The position numbers and the translations under genes are program-made. Under the pieces are notes generated by a model. The model ran no database searches and was not told where the DNA came from. It was given only the letters and a program-made list of their open reading frames with translations. Positions 36,044 to 47,086 of a DNA stretch of 64,000 bases are shown here, one piece after another (the stretch's first letter is position 1; each line of letters begins with the position of its first letter). The DNA comes from a virus. The DNA lies in IMG/VR virus record IMGVR_UViG_3300045988_092720. One strand, 5' to 3'.

Positions 36044-37222
36044 CTAAGCATTTAATCTATCAACGGCTTGTTTTAGAAGAGTTAAATCCTCCTCGTACTT
36101 AGCCTTAGAAATAAAATTATCGTCTACTTCTTTTTTTGTATAAAGAGTTTTAGAGTCTGTTTCTAAATCTTTAGTAGTTAATAAGGAGCGAGATTTAGAA
36201 CCGTCCCACCATGTAACACGAGATGCAGATAACGCTAAAGGTTTATCTTTATGACCTGCCTCAACACCATTACCTCTGGAAAGTTTAATTAAGCTCCATT
36301 CCGTACCAGATGTATCTTTGCCTGTTAATGGCACATTATTCTCTAATGGTGTAATACTTGGCGGAGTATAGTTAATGTTATTGAAATACTTAGTATTAGC
36401 ACTGTGTTTATATACTTCAACCTTGCCATTGTTATTAGCTGTGAAATATACCTCGCCATTAGCGATAGCAAAATCTTCAACCTCAAGTGCAGATGTTACT
36501 TCTGTATTAGTAACACTATCTTCTAAGTTTTCGATAATATAGCCACCAACAGAGAATACAATACTCTTCCCATTATATAACGCACCGTTTGTATCTTGGC
36601 TAGTAGAGATAATTGGAATTGTTGCAGTGTTTTCCAACGCTCTATTTTCATTATAATACTGAACTGTTCGTTGCTTAGTAGTGCTAGTATACAGAATAGA
36701 AACAAACTTATTCGCCGTTTTGTCGTAAGCTAAGTTAAACACCTTATTAGGGAAGTTTACAGTACCTTCAATAGCCATGTCAGTAGTCATAACAGCTACT
36801 TGGTTAGGATTTACAGCACCATTAGTTACATAGATTTTACCTTTGTAAGCACACAATGTATTGCAATGACCCAATCTATTTTTATCTGTAAATGTTTGCT
36901 TAGACATTAAGGTGGAAAAGTCAGCATTGTATTTATAGAATACTTGTTTGGTATTATCATTATTTACACAAGCAATATAGAAAGCATTCGCTTCTTCACT
37001 ATATGTAAATCCTTGACATTGGTTTACACCACTATCTAAAGGAATTTCTAATACCTTAACAATGTTATCTGCACTCTTGAATAATGTCGGTGCAGAGCCT
37101 TTAAGACTTTTAATGAAGTCAGCTTCTGTGCCTGTATTACCAAGCTCTAACCAAGATTGATAAGCACTTTTACCAACATCGCCCTTAGGACCTTTAATAT
37201 TACCTAATTTAACTCTTGGCAT
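36044..37222 (-). CDS. Tail structural / fibre-associated protein.
   Basis: 392 aa, coupled (start/stop overlap) to the collagen-like gene. Confidence 0.45.
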   Translation of the reverse strand: MPRVKLGNIKGPKGDVGKSAYQSWLELGNTGTEADFIKSLKGSAPTLFKSADNIVKVLEIPLDSGVNQCQGFTYSEEANAFYIACVNNDNTKQVFYKYNADFSTLMSKQTFTDKNRLGHCNTLCAYKGKIYVTNGAVNPNQVAVMTTDMAIEGTVNFPNKVFNLAYDKTANKFVSILYTSTTKQRTVQYYNENRALENTATIPIISTSQDTNGALYNGKSIVFSVGGYIIENLEDSVTNTEVTSALEVEDFAIANGEVYFTANNNGKVEVYKHSANTKYFNNINYTPPSITPLENNVPLTGKDTSGTEWSLIKLSRGNGVEAGHKDKPLALSASRVTWWDGSKSRSLLTTKDLETDSKTLYTKKEVDDNFISKAKYEEDLTLLKQAVDRLNA

Positions 37223-38574
37223 TACTGACCTCCTTCCCAGAAACCAACAATATCTAAAATGTAGCGTTTGTTATTACCTGCTACGCCCCAACCTTTGATA
37301 TTACGAGAGTTAGGCTCAACGTAAACGCTATTATTATTGGCATCAATAGATACTTCTAATAACCGTTTAGGAACAGGAGAACTATTAGGTAATGTACATA
37401 ATACACCACCATTACCAGAACCATTACCAGTTACTTTCATATCTAAGTGCAATTTGCCGAAGCCTGTAGCAGGGTTGAATTCGAGATAACCCCGACCATT
37501 ACCTGCGGCTCCTGCCTGTGCAACACCCCACACAACATCGTATGTTTTAACTGCACTTGTATTTACAGCATTAGGTGCAACAGCATTACTAGGTGCAAGG
37601 TTAGAATAAGCAATATCTACAAACAAATCACCATTTTCATCTAGTGTAAATGTTAATTCTGGTTGCGTACCATTATCGCCTTTATCCCCCTTAGGACCTG
37701 TGGGACCTATGTCACCTTTCGGTCCTCGTTCTCCTGCTTCTCCTTTTGGTCCTACGTTACCTTGTGGTCCTTGTGGTCCTACATTACCTTGTAAACCTTG
37801 TGGACCATCTACACCTCTAGGTCCTTGTGGACCAGTAGGACCTATTGGACCTTGTGGACCAATATCGCCTTTGTCACCTTTTACGCCAGACATAGTAATG
37901 AGGTATTCCATTACTCCGCCATTTTTAACAAATACTTTACCGTTATCGGCATCATTAGAACGAACCATAACTAAGCTGTATTCAGAGAATGTGGAAGCGT
38001 TGTTATGCACAGATGCTACAGATGGTTGGATAGAGCTGATTTTAAAAGGCTCCCCTCGTTCACCTCTTGGACCTTGTAAGCCAGTAGGACCGATAGGACC
38101 TATAGGACCACGCTCACCCTGTACGCCACGAGGACCTTGTGGACCAATTTCCCCACGTATACCTTGAATACCTTGCAAGCCTTGAGGGCCGATAGGACCA
38201 ACATCACCACGTTCACCTTTAGGACCTGCTTCACCACGTTCGCCGTTATCCCCTTTAGGTCCAATAGGACCTGCGGGACCAGTTGGTCCAGTTAGACCTT
38301 GTGGACCTACATCACCTTTTGGACCCGCTTGACCATCGTTACCTTTTGGACCAGTTAAACCTCTAGGACCTTCTGGACCCATAGGACCTTGAGAGCCATC
38401 TTCCCCTTTAGGACCTGCTTCACCTTTAGGTCCTTTTAGTTTTTCCAATTGTTCTGGCGTAAAGTCTTCAAACTTAAAGTCTTTGCCATTTTTGCCATCT
38501 TTCCCATCACGATTGTGATTAATCGTAATACTAGGAGAAGAGGGTTGGATAATTTTAATAATTTTGTCAGCCAT
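37222..38574 (-). CDS. Collagen-like repeat protein (tail fibre) with a C-terminal globular domain.
   Basis: Two long runs of G-X-Y triplets ([25 protein letters not shown]...), about 80 triplets in total. Confidence 0.8.
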   Translation of the reverse strand: MADKIIKIIQPSSPSITINHNRDGKDGKNGKDFKFEDFTPEQLEKLKGPKGEAGPKGEDGSQGPMGPEGPRGLTGPKGNDGQAGPKGDVGPQGLTGPTGPAGPIGPKGDNGERGEAGPKGERGDVGPIGPQGLQGIQGIRGEIGPQGPRGVQGERGPIGPIGPTGLQGPRGERGEPFKISSIQPSVASVHNNASTFSEYSLVMVRSNDADNGKVFVKNGGVMEYLITMSGVKGDKGDIGPQGPIGPTGPQGPRGVDGPQGLQGNVGPQGPQGNVGPKGEAGERGPKGDIGPTGPKGDKGDNGTQPELTFTLDENGDLFVDIAYSNLAPSNAVAPNAVNTSAVKTYDVVWGVAQAGAAGNGRGYLEFNPATGFGKLHLDMKVTGNGSGNGGVLCTLPNSSPVPKRLLEVSIDANNNSVYVEPNSRNIKGWGVAGNNKRYILDIVGFWEGGQ

Positions 38575-38583
38575 TTATACCTC

Positions 38584-38964
38584 CTAGTGGAAAGAAATAC
38601 CAGGACTTACAATAAACTTGCCCTGTACAATACGTTCTTTACGACCGTTTGTGTTAATTTGCTGAACATCATAATAGTAAGAGTTTGTTTCTCCGTAATA
38701 ATCACCATCTGTGTCAATTTGACTGGTAACTTCAGAGGAGAAGTTAATGTCTAACACGCCTTTTGTCGCATCACGAATGACACATTCAGCTTCGGCAATT
38801 ACATCTTGGTTTTCAGCTGTTTCTCTTACCTTACAAACAAACTGATATCCAGTAATGTCAATGGGTTTGTTTTGCCCATCGCTGACAACCATCTGCAAGG
38901 AAAAATCATCACCTTGATTGACGGTAATATCATATACTGGAACTGTAGATTTAAACTTTGCCAC
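38584..38964 (-). CDS. Hypothetical structural protein.
   Basis: 126 aa, beta-rich. Confidence 0.4.
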   Translation of the reverse strand: MAKFKSTVPVYDITVNQGDDFSLQMVVSDGQNKPIDITGYQFVCKVRETAENQDVIAEAECVIRDATKGVLDINFSSEVTSQIDTDGDYYGETNSYYYDVQQINTNGRKERIVQGKFIVSPGISFH

Positions 38965-39221
38965 TACTCAGCACCAGACCTTTCTTTGTAGCTTCCTACC
39001 TCAGAATTATATTTAGAGTTAATGTATTTATTGGCTACTTGAGTCATAGGACCACCACCTGCCGCCATAGTAGCAAGCGTTTCGTAATGGTCCCATCTAG
39101 CATCAAAGAATACCAAGTAGATTGTAACTCCAATAAATAATAATACGAACAACATAGAGATTGTTCTAGTGAGTGAAAGTCCGCCATTTTCAAACATTAG
39201 CATTTCAAATAAACGCTTCAA
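38964..39221 (-). CDS. Small membrane protein.
   Basis: 85 aa with one TM helix. Confidence 0.4.
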   Translation of the reverse strand: MKRLFEMLMFENGGLSLTRTISMLFVLLFIGVTIYLVFFDARWDHYETLATMAAGGGPMTQVANKYINSKYNSEVGSYKERSGAE

Positions 39222-39766
39222 TTTTTTATCACCTCTTTGGTTTCCTTGATAAATTCACGTAACTCTTTAAACCATTTAAAGGCTTCTGCGTCTAGTTCAT
39301 TTAATTTTTCGATAATAGATACAATCTCACATAACATCGGTGCTAACATAAATAGCATTGATAAAAGTGCATCTATTCTAAATCCCATAACAGGAACATC
39401 AGGTAATGACCATGCTGTAGCTGCTAGAGTGAAGAAAATAGGATATTCAAAAGATACCTTAGAAAATAAAGATTTACGGAATGCTTTACTAACCAAAAAT
39501 CTTTTCTTTGTCCCATTCGAGAGAGTAACAGTTCCCCAACCAAGGAATAACGCTTTAAACATATTCCATGCGGTACATTCTTTACCAACCGCCTTGTTGT
39601 ATTCAACAAGTTCAATAACAAACCGTAATGCAATATCTATTAATAATAGAATTGTTACAGCTAAAATACAGAAAATAATATCGTACACAGCATTATCTGG
39701 TGTACTTTGATATAAGTAGGAAAGAATGCTATCCCTTGGTGGTGGCAGCATTATTTCAATCATCAA
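39218..39766 (-). CDS. Polytopic membrane protein.
   Basis: 182 aa with 3-4 TM helices. Confidence 0.45.
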   Translation of the reverse strand: MMIEIMLPPPRDSILSYLYQSTPDNAVYDIIFCILAVTILLLIDIALRFVIELVEYNKAVGKECTAWNMFKALFLGWGTVTLSNGTKKRFLVSKAFRKSLFSKVSFEYPIFFTLAATAWSLPDVPVMGFRIDALLSMLFMLAPMLCEIVSIIEKLNELDAEAFKWFKELREFIKETKEVIKN

Positions 39767-39777
39767 ACCTCCAATTA

Positions 39778-40602
39778 TTAAATTATATTATCATAACTAA
39801 CTGGAATATCAGAACAATTATCAACGTCGGCAACTAAAATTATTGTGCCTTGTTCAGGTATATATGAATAGGTAGTACCTCTACCATTTTTTTGATATGT
39901 TCCATAAATAGAATTTCCATCTATATTAATACGTTGAAGGTGAGCATAGTTCCCTTCTGACGATGCTTTTAACAAAACAGCGACAGCCATTTTTTTAATA
40001 GATGGGTATTGATATGCAGGAAAATCATACTGTTTGTCTCCTTGGTCGTAGTGTTTAGTAATAATGTCTTTGACTTGCAGATATCTGTAGTTGCTATTAA
40101 ATAATACATCACCATTACTATTCATAACCTCAAATCCATTTTCGCCCTTGTGAATAATATTATCAGTATAGACATAAATTTTAATATATTTATGTCCGTC
40201 GTACTGATGGTCAGTATTTTTAAATTTTACATACAGTTCTAGCCTACGACCACCTTTGTCGCTCATAACCAAACCATTTTTTCCCCAACTCTCTATTGTC
40301 CCGTATACTTCGTTAATCTGGAAGTCTTCGATAGGAGCACTACTTTCAACGACATACAACAAATTTTCAGAATTAATATCGGATGTAATGTTAACACGTG
40401 CGTACCATACATTACTTGATTGACCGTTAGGATATTTTACCCAGTATGCACCAACTGGATAACCATTCTTTTCATAAAAGTTATCTTTCGGACCAATTTT
40501 CTGTGTAGAATGGAACCCTATAACCTTTTTCAAAACCATATTTTGATATTGGTCACTAATCTGCAAAATATTATTGTCATTAGTAATTTCTACATACTTC
40601 AT
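39778..40602 (-). CDS. Hypothetical structural protein.
   Basis: 274 aa. Confidence 0.45.
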   Translation of the reverse strand: MKYVEITNDNNILQISDQYQNMVLKKVIGFHSTQKIGPKDNFYEKNGYPVGAYWVKYPNGQSSNVWYARVNITSDINSENLLYVVESSAPIEDFQINEVYGTIESWGKNGLVMSDKGGRRLELYVKFKNTDHQYDGHKYIKIYVYTDNIIHKGENGFEVMNSNGDVLFNSNYRYLQVKDIITKHYDQGDKQYDFPAYQYPSIKKMAVAVLLKASSEGNYAHLQRINIDGNSIYGTYQKNGRGTTYSYIPEQGTIILVADVDNCSDIPVSYDNII

Positions 40603-40977
40603 TTAGCATACCCCATATATAATTTTTAAAATACACCCACCATTTTTATAGGCATCAATATAACCCCGTTTACTTTCCATAATTTTATAATGAATAGTAT
40701 TACCGCTAACCCACATTAAGTAAGGATTTTCATATAAACCATAAAGATTAATACTAAACCAAATTTTCGCTCCACTAATTACAGGAACGTCAATACTACC
40801 AGACTCCTCTATTTTTGTTAGAGTTTTAACACCGACAATTTGTGTTAATCTATCTGTAATATCTACAACAGTTTTGCCATTCTCATCAAATATTTGTATA
40901 CCTTGTGGCACTTTATCCTCCTTTTTAAAGAAAGATTTGATTTTTTCTTTAATTTTTTTAAACCAGCTCAATTCCAC
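40603..40977 (-). CDS. Hypothetical protein.
   Basis: 124 aa. Confidence 0.4.
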   Translation of the reverse strand: MELSWFKKIKEKIKSFFKKEDKVPQGIQIFDENGKTVVDITDRLTQIVGVKTLTKIEESGSIDVPVISGAKIWFSINLYGLYENPYLMWVSGNTIHYKIMESKRGYIDAYKNGGCILKIIYGVC

Positions 40978-42908
40978 ACCCCCACTCTAACACGCAACCG
41001 ATTATTTTCATCATATACCTCAATTAAATTATCTCTGATTTCAGTCCTAGCACCAGTAGTAGCTGTTCTTAATATACCAATTTTAGCACTAAGGCTTGAC
41101 AAGCTATTAACATTTAACTTATCAGCAGAAATAGAATTTGCTTTAATTTTATCAGCATCGACCGCTCCTGCTTTAAGTTTATTAGTATCAATTGCACCTG
41201 CTTGGATTTTATCACCACTAATTGTATTAGCTGCAATTTTATCACCAACCAAAGTTCCAGTCTTAATAGCAGAACCATCTAGTGTATTGGTAATGATTTT
41301 TGTTCCCTCAATACTATTAGCAGCTATATGGCTTGACTTAATCTCGCCAGCTTTAATCTTATCTGCGGTAATTGCATTGGCGGCAATCTTATTACCAGTA
41401 ACTGCATTAGCTACTAACTTATCTGTACTAATCGCACCATCAGCAATCTTAGTGCCTACAACAGCGTTATCTCCGATATACTTAGATACTATTACACCAT
41501 TATCAAATACTGTTTGACCAGTGATATGAATGTATTTACCAGAAATACTAACAGTATCAGGTGCTAGATTAATACGAGACACAATCTCTTGACCAGTTAG
41601 TTTATCAACGCCTGCTTTAACTTTAATCTCAATGCTATTAGCTACTTGCGTAATGCTAGTTTGTAAGTTATTAAAGTTGTTCGATACAGTAGAGTTGATT
41701 GCCTTTGCAGTAGCTGTCAATCTACTTTCAGCCGTATCTTTAGCATCTTTAACCTTGGCATCAATAATACCATTCATAGAAGTTAGTGATGTTTGTAATC
41801 CGCCAATCTTCTTGTCAATCTCTTTACGAGCATTATTAATATCTGTGATACCTTGGTTAATAGCATTAATACCTAACTTTTCTTTATTGAGCATTTCTAT
41901 TGGTATTTCTTCAACAGTACTAATAGTTACTGGGTCAGACATTTCGCCATTACCAAAAATATCAACGTAACAAACCTTAACAGTGTAAGTGCCAGTAGAA
42001 CAGAGGTAATTAAGACTGTTGTCCACCACAAAGTTTTCTTCATTATTAACATAGACAATAGCTCCTGTACAATCTTCTGGAATACTAGCAAATGTAATAT
42101 TAAGACCTTCAATTACTGGTTTAACTACTAACTGTGTTGGTTTGGCAGGTACAGCCTTACTGTAATTTACAGTAGCAGGTACTGAATACGAATTACCAAC
42201 ACCTTTATTGTAAATATAACCAGTGCCAACACGTGCATATGGTTTAGCAGTAGAGTGCCAATCAGTAGTCAAATCTAATCTATTATGTAACTCACCCACA
42301 TGTTCATCTAAACGGAGTTCTGTCCATTGATAATCATTTTGTGGTCTTTGTTTCCACGACCAATAAGCACCACGTTTATCAAATACAACAGTTGCTTCAT
42401 ATGGAGCTTCTGGCACATGAGTTTGCTCAGATACATAATAATATGTGATAGGGGCTCTAGCCTTTTCAGAAAGTGCATTACGAATATCTCTACCACGAAT
42501 TACAAATTCATATTTCTTACCAATCTCTACGTTTGGTATTGTAAAGATATTTGTTTTGCCTGTATCGTAATGTTGATGTACCTGTTTATCAGCAAATTGG
42601 TCTACTGTATCGTGGAAATCACCAACTTTAACATCTATACTTACGCCTGCATATTGTTTAATAGGAGTACTATCCCATTTAAGAATTAGAGATACACTAC
42701 CATTAACTGAGCGTTCGTCTATGGTAATATTACGGACTTGTTCAGAAATGGTATCAGGGTTGTCAGCAATACCATTCCAAATCTTTGTAGCCTCATTGAT
42801 TTGGTCTTCTAAAGAAGCCTTAATATCGTTTAAATACCCTTTTAGCAAGGAGATAAATTTACGACCATCACCATTTATCGTAGATGGTAGGTTATTTTGT
42901 TTGTCCAT
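40968..42908 (-). CDS. Tail fibre / host-recognition protein with FN3-like domains, a coiled coil and a C-terminal tail-fibre repeat array.
   Basis: FN3-like segments (WKQRPQNDYQW; PAKPTQLVVKPVIEGLNITF). About 8 degenerate repeats of (A/G)DKI-A-N-I at aa ~500-610, matching periodic DNA at ~41080-41420. Confidence 0.55.
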   Translation of the reverse strand: MDKQNNLPSTINGDGRKFISLLKGYLNDIKASLEDQINEATKIWNGIADNPDTISEQVRNITIDERSVNGSVSLILKWDSTPIKQYAGVSIDVKVGDFHDTVDQFADKQVHQHYDTGKTNIFTIPNVEIGKKYEFVIRGRDIRNALSEKARAPITYYYVSEQTHVPEAPYEATVVFDKRGAYWSWKQRPQNDYQWTELRLDEHVGELHNRLDLTTDWHSTAKPYARVGTGYIYNKGVGNSYSVPATVNYSKAVPAKPTQLVVKPVIEGLNITFASIPEDCTGAIVYVNNEENFVVDNSLNYLCSTGTYTVKVCYVDIFGNGEMSDPVTISTVEEIPIEMLNKEKLGINAINQGITDINNARKEIDKKIGGLQTSLTSMNGIIDAKVKDAKDTAESRLTATAKAINSTVSNNFNNLQTSITQVANSIEIKVKAGVDKLTGQEIVSRINLAPDTVSISGKYIHITGQTVFDNGVIVSKYIGDNAVVGTKIADGAISTDKLVANAVTGNKIAANAITADKIKAGEIKSSHIAANSIEGTKIITNTLDGSAIKTGTLVGDKIAANTISGDKIQAGAIDTNKLKAGAVDADKIKANSISADKLNVNSLSSLSAKIGILRTATTGARTEIRDNLIEVYDENNRLRVRVGVWN

Positions 42909-42916
42909 TTATCCTC

Positions 42917-43381
42917 CTATAAATAATTAATAATAGCCTCCACAAAGTCTTGTTCTACTGTCATATCGAATTCATGATTACTCATTGCAAATACGATAGT
43001 TAATTGAGCAAGAATATTAGAGAATGCTTCATTTGTCCACGGTAATTCATCATTAACTGTAGACACAAATTGAGGTCTGCGATAGTATCTCACAGTATAT
43101 GGCAATTCACCATAACATTCAATTGTTTTACCTTTGTTTTTTAAAAGCAATGGTGCTTGATTGGTAGCTTTATACCAATCATCTGGTGTCGGCGTTTCCT
43201 TTTGTGTGAAAGTAATATCACCGATAACCTCATAATAATTATTGTCGATGAGTACATGCCATACAAAATCAATTGCATCATTAAAGTATGCAATCAATTC
43301 ATCATCATCATACCCACTTTCAATACTATCAGATAAGCGGTTCCTCAATGCCGCTTTTGTCATTAATTCTTTTACTGTCAT
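42917..43381 (-). CDS. Head-tail connector / completion protein (by position).
   Basis: 154 aa, between the capsid and tail genes. Confidence 0.35.
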   Translation of the reverse strand: MTVKELMTKAALRNRLSDSIESGYDDDELIAYFNDAIDFVWHVLIDNNYYEVIGDITFTQKETPTPDDWYKATNQAPLLLKNKGKTIECYGELPYTVRYYRRPQFVSTVNDELPWTNEAFSNILAQLTIVFAMSNHEFDMTVEQDFVEAIINYL

Positions 43382-43389
43382 ATTACCTC

Positions 43390-43857
43390 CTAGCCTTGGT
43401 CAGCTGGTGTAGTATTGCTCCCATCAGACTCTTTTTCAAGAGATGGTTTAGCTTCATACAGCAAAAATTGCAATAATTGTTTGTTGAACATAACACGTTT
43501 GAATGGGATTTCATCTTCAAGAGATTTAACATGTGGCATTGCAACATAGTATACAATCTCTAATTCACCATCAAATTCTGGGTCTAAGTGTTTCATAACT
43601 GGACCATCAACTCTATATTCAAACTCAACAGGGAATTGACCTTGGAATGCGATAAAATCATCTGGTCTTTTTACTTCAGTTGTACCAGTTAATGTTAATT
43701 TCTTCGTCAATTCAGGGTCATTTTGATGAGATAATTCATAGGATAAGCGGTCAATTGCGTTATTTAAACAGTAAATCAACTCAATATCAGAGTATGATGT
43801 TTTCTGCATATCACCAAGACGTTGCCGTGCTAGAATTAACATCTCTTTTACTTTCAT
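43390..43857 (-). CDS. Head-tail connector protein (by position).
   Basis: 155 aa. Confidence 0.35.
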   Translation of the reverse strand: MKVKEMLILARQRLGDMQKTSYSDIELIYCLNNAIDRLSYELSHQNDPELTKKLTLTGTTEVKRPDDFIAFQGQFPVEFEYRVDGPVMKHLDPEFDGELEIVYYVAMPHVKSLEDEIPFKRVMFNKQLLQFLLYEAKPSLEKESDGSNTTPADQG

Positions 43858-43866
43858 GCTTACTCC

Positions 43867-44391
43867 TTATACATAAAACTGCATAGGTCGCTCAATAGGT
43901 CTACTAGCATCACTGGCTGTCATTTTGCGAATTTCTTCTGCAATCATTTTAGCCATACCGTCAGAACCACCTGTTTTATCAGGCTCTTTACGGAGCAACA
44001 TAGTAGCAAAGCGTACAAATAAATCAAATAAAATTGGAGGTAAATCAATTTCGTCTGTTACATCTTCAACTTCATCAATGATGCGGTAATACTTTAAAGT
44101 AGTATCATTTTTGATGTATATTTTTTTGCCCATGATTTCATAAGTATCATTTGTATCTTCTTCTATGGAGTCAAATTTACCGAAATCACTTGGTAGCTTA
44201 GCAACGCCATTATTCGGCTTTAACGGTACTTTATTCGCAATGTAAGAGCTCTCGACGTTGATAAGGGACAAATTGACATATCTCAATACCGTATTAATTG
44301 CATCAATGAGTTCACTGTTGGAGTGTTGACGATTATATGCCTCATCTAAGTTATATAAAATACTCTCAACGATGGACTGTACTCTAATCAT
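43867..44391 (-). CDS. Head-tail connector protein (by position).
   Basis: 174 aa. Confidence 0.35.
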   Translation of the reverse strand: MIRVQSIVESILYNLDEAYNRQHSNSELIDAINTVLRYVNLSLINVESSYIANKVPLKPNNGVAKLPSDFGKFDSIEEDTNDTYEIMGKKIYIKNDTTLKYYRIIDEVEDVTDEIDLPPILFDLFVRFATMLLRKEPDKTGGSDGMAKMIAEEIRKMTASDASRPIERPMQFYV

Positions 44392-44744
44392 TAAACGCCT
44401 CCATATTTGGCTGTAGATTTAATAATTTTACCTGTATTTTCAGAGTAGATTGTGTTAGTGGTGCGGAATTCTGGATTTTTAGCCAACCAGATGTTTAGCC
44501 ATTTAGCTGCTTCAATATTATCTTTACCTTGACATTGTTGATATTGCATTAATTCAAAGTCAGTAGCAAATCTGTGTCTAGGTATCATGGCAATCTTCTT
44601 GGCTTTACCATCATGAATGCGACCTTCTTCCATGCTATCACGCATACGCTGACATTCACGAAGTACTACACCTTCATCATATGTTTGTTTGATTTTCCAA
44701 TCACCAGTTTTAGGGTCAATTTCTACTTGTGTGCCTATATTCAT
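44391..44744 (-). CDS. Hypothetical head protein (start refined to MNIGTQVEID).
   Basis: AGGAGG RBS. The longer track ORF reads through the terminator hairpin and is an artefact. Confidence 0.45.
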   Translation of the reverse strand: MNIGTQVEIDPKTGDWKIKQTYDEGVVLRECQRMRDSMEEGRIHDGKAKKIAMIPRHRFATDFELMQYQQCQGKDNIEAAKWLNIWLAKNPEFRTTNTIYSENTGKIIKSTAKYGGV

Positions 44745-44753
44745 AGTACCTCC

Positions 44754-44781
44754 TAAAAAAAATAGGGGAGGTCGCCCTCCC
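44754..44781 (-). terminator. Intrinsic terminator immediately after the capsid gene.
   Basis: Hairpin GGGGAGG-gcga-CCUCCCC followed by U8 on the minus strand. The arrangement is typical for capsid genes, with partial read-through into the next gene. Confidence 0.7.
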
Positions 44782-44792
44782 CATATCATTTA

Positions 44793-45962
44793 TTATTTTG
44801 TGATGTTGTAAATACGAGCGTTAGCAATAGGTGCAGTACATTCTAAAGTAGCATCACCAGTGATGTATTTAGATTTGTAAGTACCTTTACGCAAACCATT
44901 TTCAACGTGGAATGGAATTAAGTAACCCAATTTCCAGTATTGTGCTTCGATTAAGTCTACTACGTCATCTGTGTACATACGATGGGAAACTAAGTCGATA
45001 CGACCGAAATCTGTTTCCAATACATCTACAACTTCTACCAATTCTTTAGAAGTTTGTTCACGGTTTTTAGTAGTACCTTGAGTGAAACCAGAGCATACAC
45101 GTTTGTTTTTACCAGACATTACAGCGAAATCAATGGAACCGCCACGGGACCAAGCTGCTTGCATAGCATCATTAATAATGTCGAATGTCAATTTACCAGC
45201 ATTTGCACCAGTAATAGCACCAGCATCTACTGCGTTGCCAGAAGTTAATTCGCATTTACCAGCGGAAATAGCAGCAGCAGGTTTAATAACAGTAGGTGCA
45301 GTTGCAGTTGTTTCTTGCTCAGTTGCACAAATGTTGAAAGTATTAGCATCAATAACTTTTACGAAGTATTGAGTGTTAGCTTTCAAGTTAGCATCAAGTG
45401 TATTACCTGCTTTACCACGGAATACAACAACATCGCCATTTACAAATTTATGGTTTGTAAGTGTGAATACACCAGTAGTTGCAGCAGTTACCTCTTTGAA
45501 GTTTTCTAAGAAGTAAGGGATACCACCCATTTTACCAGCGATTGCATCATCACCCATAACTTTGGATTTGTTGCGAACGATAGCATATTCAAGGTCACGA
45601 CCAATTTCTTTAGTCGCTTTTACCATTTGGTAACCCAACTCATCTGCTACGCCATATTTAGCGATTGCTTGAGTTGTATCAGTAACGGAGTAACCATGTA
45701 AGAATTTTTGTACATAGTTAGAGTCACGTTTACGTGGATTTGCCTTTTGAGAGTCGAAGTCAACTGCTTCTTGGAAGGCATTTTCCATAGCAGGACGCAA
45801 GGAGTCATTCAACCATGCGTGCTCAGTGGAAGTAACTTTAGTTTTACCAAACTTATTAGTTAATAGTGTTTGGTCAGGGTCAATTGCTGTAACAAAATCA
45901 GTAATGTCCTCTTTTTTACCTACAACGGTAAAGGAACGGACAGCCATATCTTTATCTGCCAA
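44793..45962 (-). CDS. Major capsid protein (by position and size).
   Basis: 389 aa, directly downstream of the scaffold gene and followed by a strong terminator. Confidence 0.55.
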   Translation of the reverse strand: MADKDMAVRSFTVVGKKEDITDFVTAIDPDQTLLTNKFGKTKVTSTEHAWLNDSLRPAMENAFQEAVDFDSQKANPRKRDSNYVQKFLHGYSVTDTTQAIAKYGVADELGYQMVKATKEIGRDLEYAIVRNKSKVMGDDAIAGKMGGIPYFLENFKEVTAATTGVFTLTNHKFVNGDVVVFRGKAGNTLDANLKANTQYFVKVIDANTFNICATEQETTATAPTVIKPAAAISAGKCELTSGNAVDAGAITGANAGKLTFDIINDAMQAAWSRGGSIDFAVMSGKNKRVCSGFTQGTTKNREQTSKELVEVVDVLETDFGRIDLVSHRMYTDDVVDLIEAQYWKLGYLIPFHVENGLRKGTYKSKYITGDATLECTAPIANARIYNITK

Positions 45963-45984
45963 TTTTCATACCTCTTTCAAAAAA

Positions 45985-47046
45985 TTATAGCTGGGTCAAG
46001 CCAGTCTTTTGGAATAATTGTACCAACTGGTCATTAGTCATTTTACCCATCGCCTTGAAATCTACATCTTGTGTAACAGACGTTGGAGGTCGTGTACCAC
46101 TACCTGCTTGTTCAAGGACAGGTGGCTTTGGTTTTGCAGTTGGTTGTGGAATATTTGGTACCACTTGTTGTGGTGGATTTTGCTGATTATGTTGTGCATT
46201 CAACATTCCGTAATATTCATTACGAGCTGCTGTCATAAATTGTGCTACTGTATCAGCATCGTAATTGTTTAAAGCATTTTGAATTTTTACTGCTTGTTGA
46301 TAAGGCATGTTTTGTAAACGCCATTCAGCATAGCGGTCAATTTCTTCAAAGTTCGGGTCTTGTCGGAACTGGTTGACTACGTTAGCAAAATTCTTCTGGA
46401 TAGATTGTTGTTCATAGATTTGTGCCTTAATTGTAGCAACACTATCAGTTAAAGCAGCAATATGAACTGGATTGAGTTCATCAAACTCAACACCTAAATT
46501 ACGCTCAACTTCGCCCTTAGCAAACTCTGCAAGTTTATTATAATATTCCGCTTGGGTAAATTGTGGTTGTTGCGGCTCTTGTGGTTCAGGTTGTACTTGT
46601 GGTTGTTGATACTGAGCATATTGTTGTTGTAACTGTCTACGTTCATCAGCTAATGCTTGTGTCTTACGAGAATAATCTGCTTGGCGTTGGTAGCCATTCA
46701 AAAGTTCTTCAAGTGGAACTTGCATTTCTTGACCGTCAACTTTGACTGTATACATCTGTGGTTCTGGTGTCGCATTTTGTGGTTCTGTTGGTTCTACTTG
46801 TCCTTCGTCAGAGTCCTGCGTTTCTGGTTCAGGGGCATGTTCTTCATCACCATCAAAAGCAAACATTCGATTGCCATTGAAGAATACATCTCCGTTTTCG
46901 TCAATACCAAAATCAAAATCAGCAGGTTCAGTCTGAGGCTCTACCTCAGGTGCATCACCAGTTGTTTCTGTTGGTGTAGCGTCTGTTGCAGGTACTTCAG
47001 CTTCACCCTCTGCAAATAATTGCAAATCAAATTCAAAATCCTTCAT
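45985..47046 (-). CDS. Scaffolding protein.
   Basis: 353 aa, highly acidic and Q/P-rich with low complexity (…QQYAQYQQPQVQPEPQEPQQPQ…), placed between portal and capsid. Confidence 0.6.
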   Translation of the reverse strand: MKDFEFDLQLFAEGEAEVPATDATPTETTGDAPEVEPQTEPADFDFGIDENGDVFFNGNRMFAFDGDEEHAPEPETQDSDEGQVEPTEPQNATPEPQMYTVKVDGQEMQVPLEELLNGYQRQADYSRKTQALADERRQLQQQYAQYQQPQVQPEPQEPQQPQFTQAEYYNKLAEFAKGEVERNLGVEFDELNPVHIAALTDSVATIKAQIYEQQSIQKNFANVVNQFRQDPNFEEIDRYAEWRLQNMPYQQAVKIQNALNNYDADTVAQFMTAARNEYYGMLNAQHNQQNPPQQVVPNIPQPTAKPKPPVLEQAGSGTRPPTSVTQDVDFKAMGKMTNDQLVQLFQKTGLTQL

Positions 47047-47086
47047 TACGTTCTCCTTTCACTCCCTAGTGGGTTGGTGAATAATC

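Noticed and set aside
37700-38167. 155-aa plus-strand ORF rich in Pro/Cys/Gly (PCGP repeats).
   Set aside because: It is the antisense reading of the collagen-like G-X-Y gene. Complementing GGN codons gives NCC codons, so the open frame is a compositional artefact.
44745-44789. N-terminal extension (MIWGGRPPLFFLGGT) of ORF 44391..44789.
   Set aside because: The extension is the translation of the capsid-gene terminator hairpin (GGGGAGG...CCTCCCC) and its U-tract. The real start is the RBS-preceded ATG at 44744.
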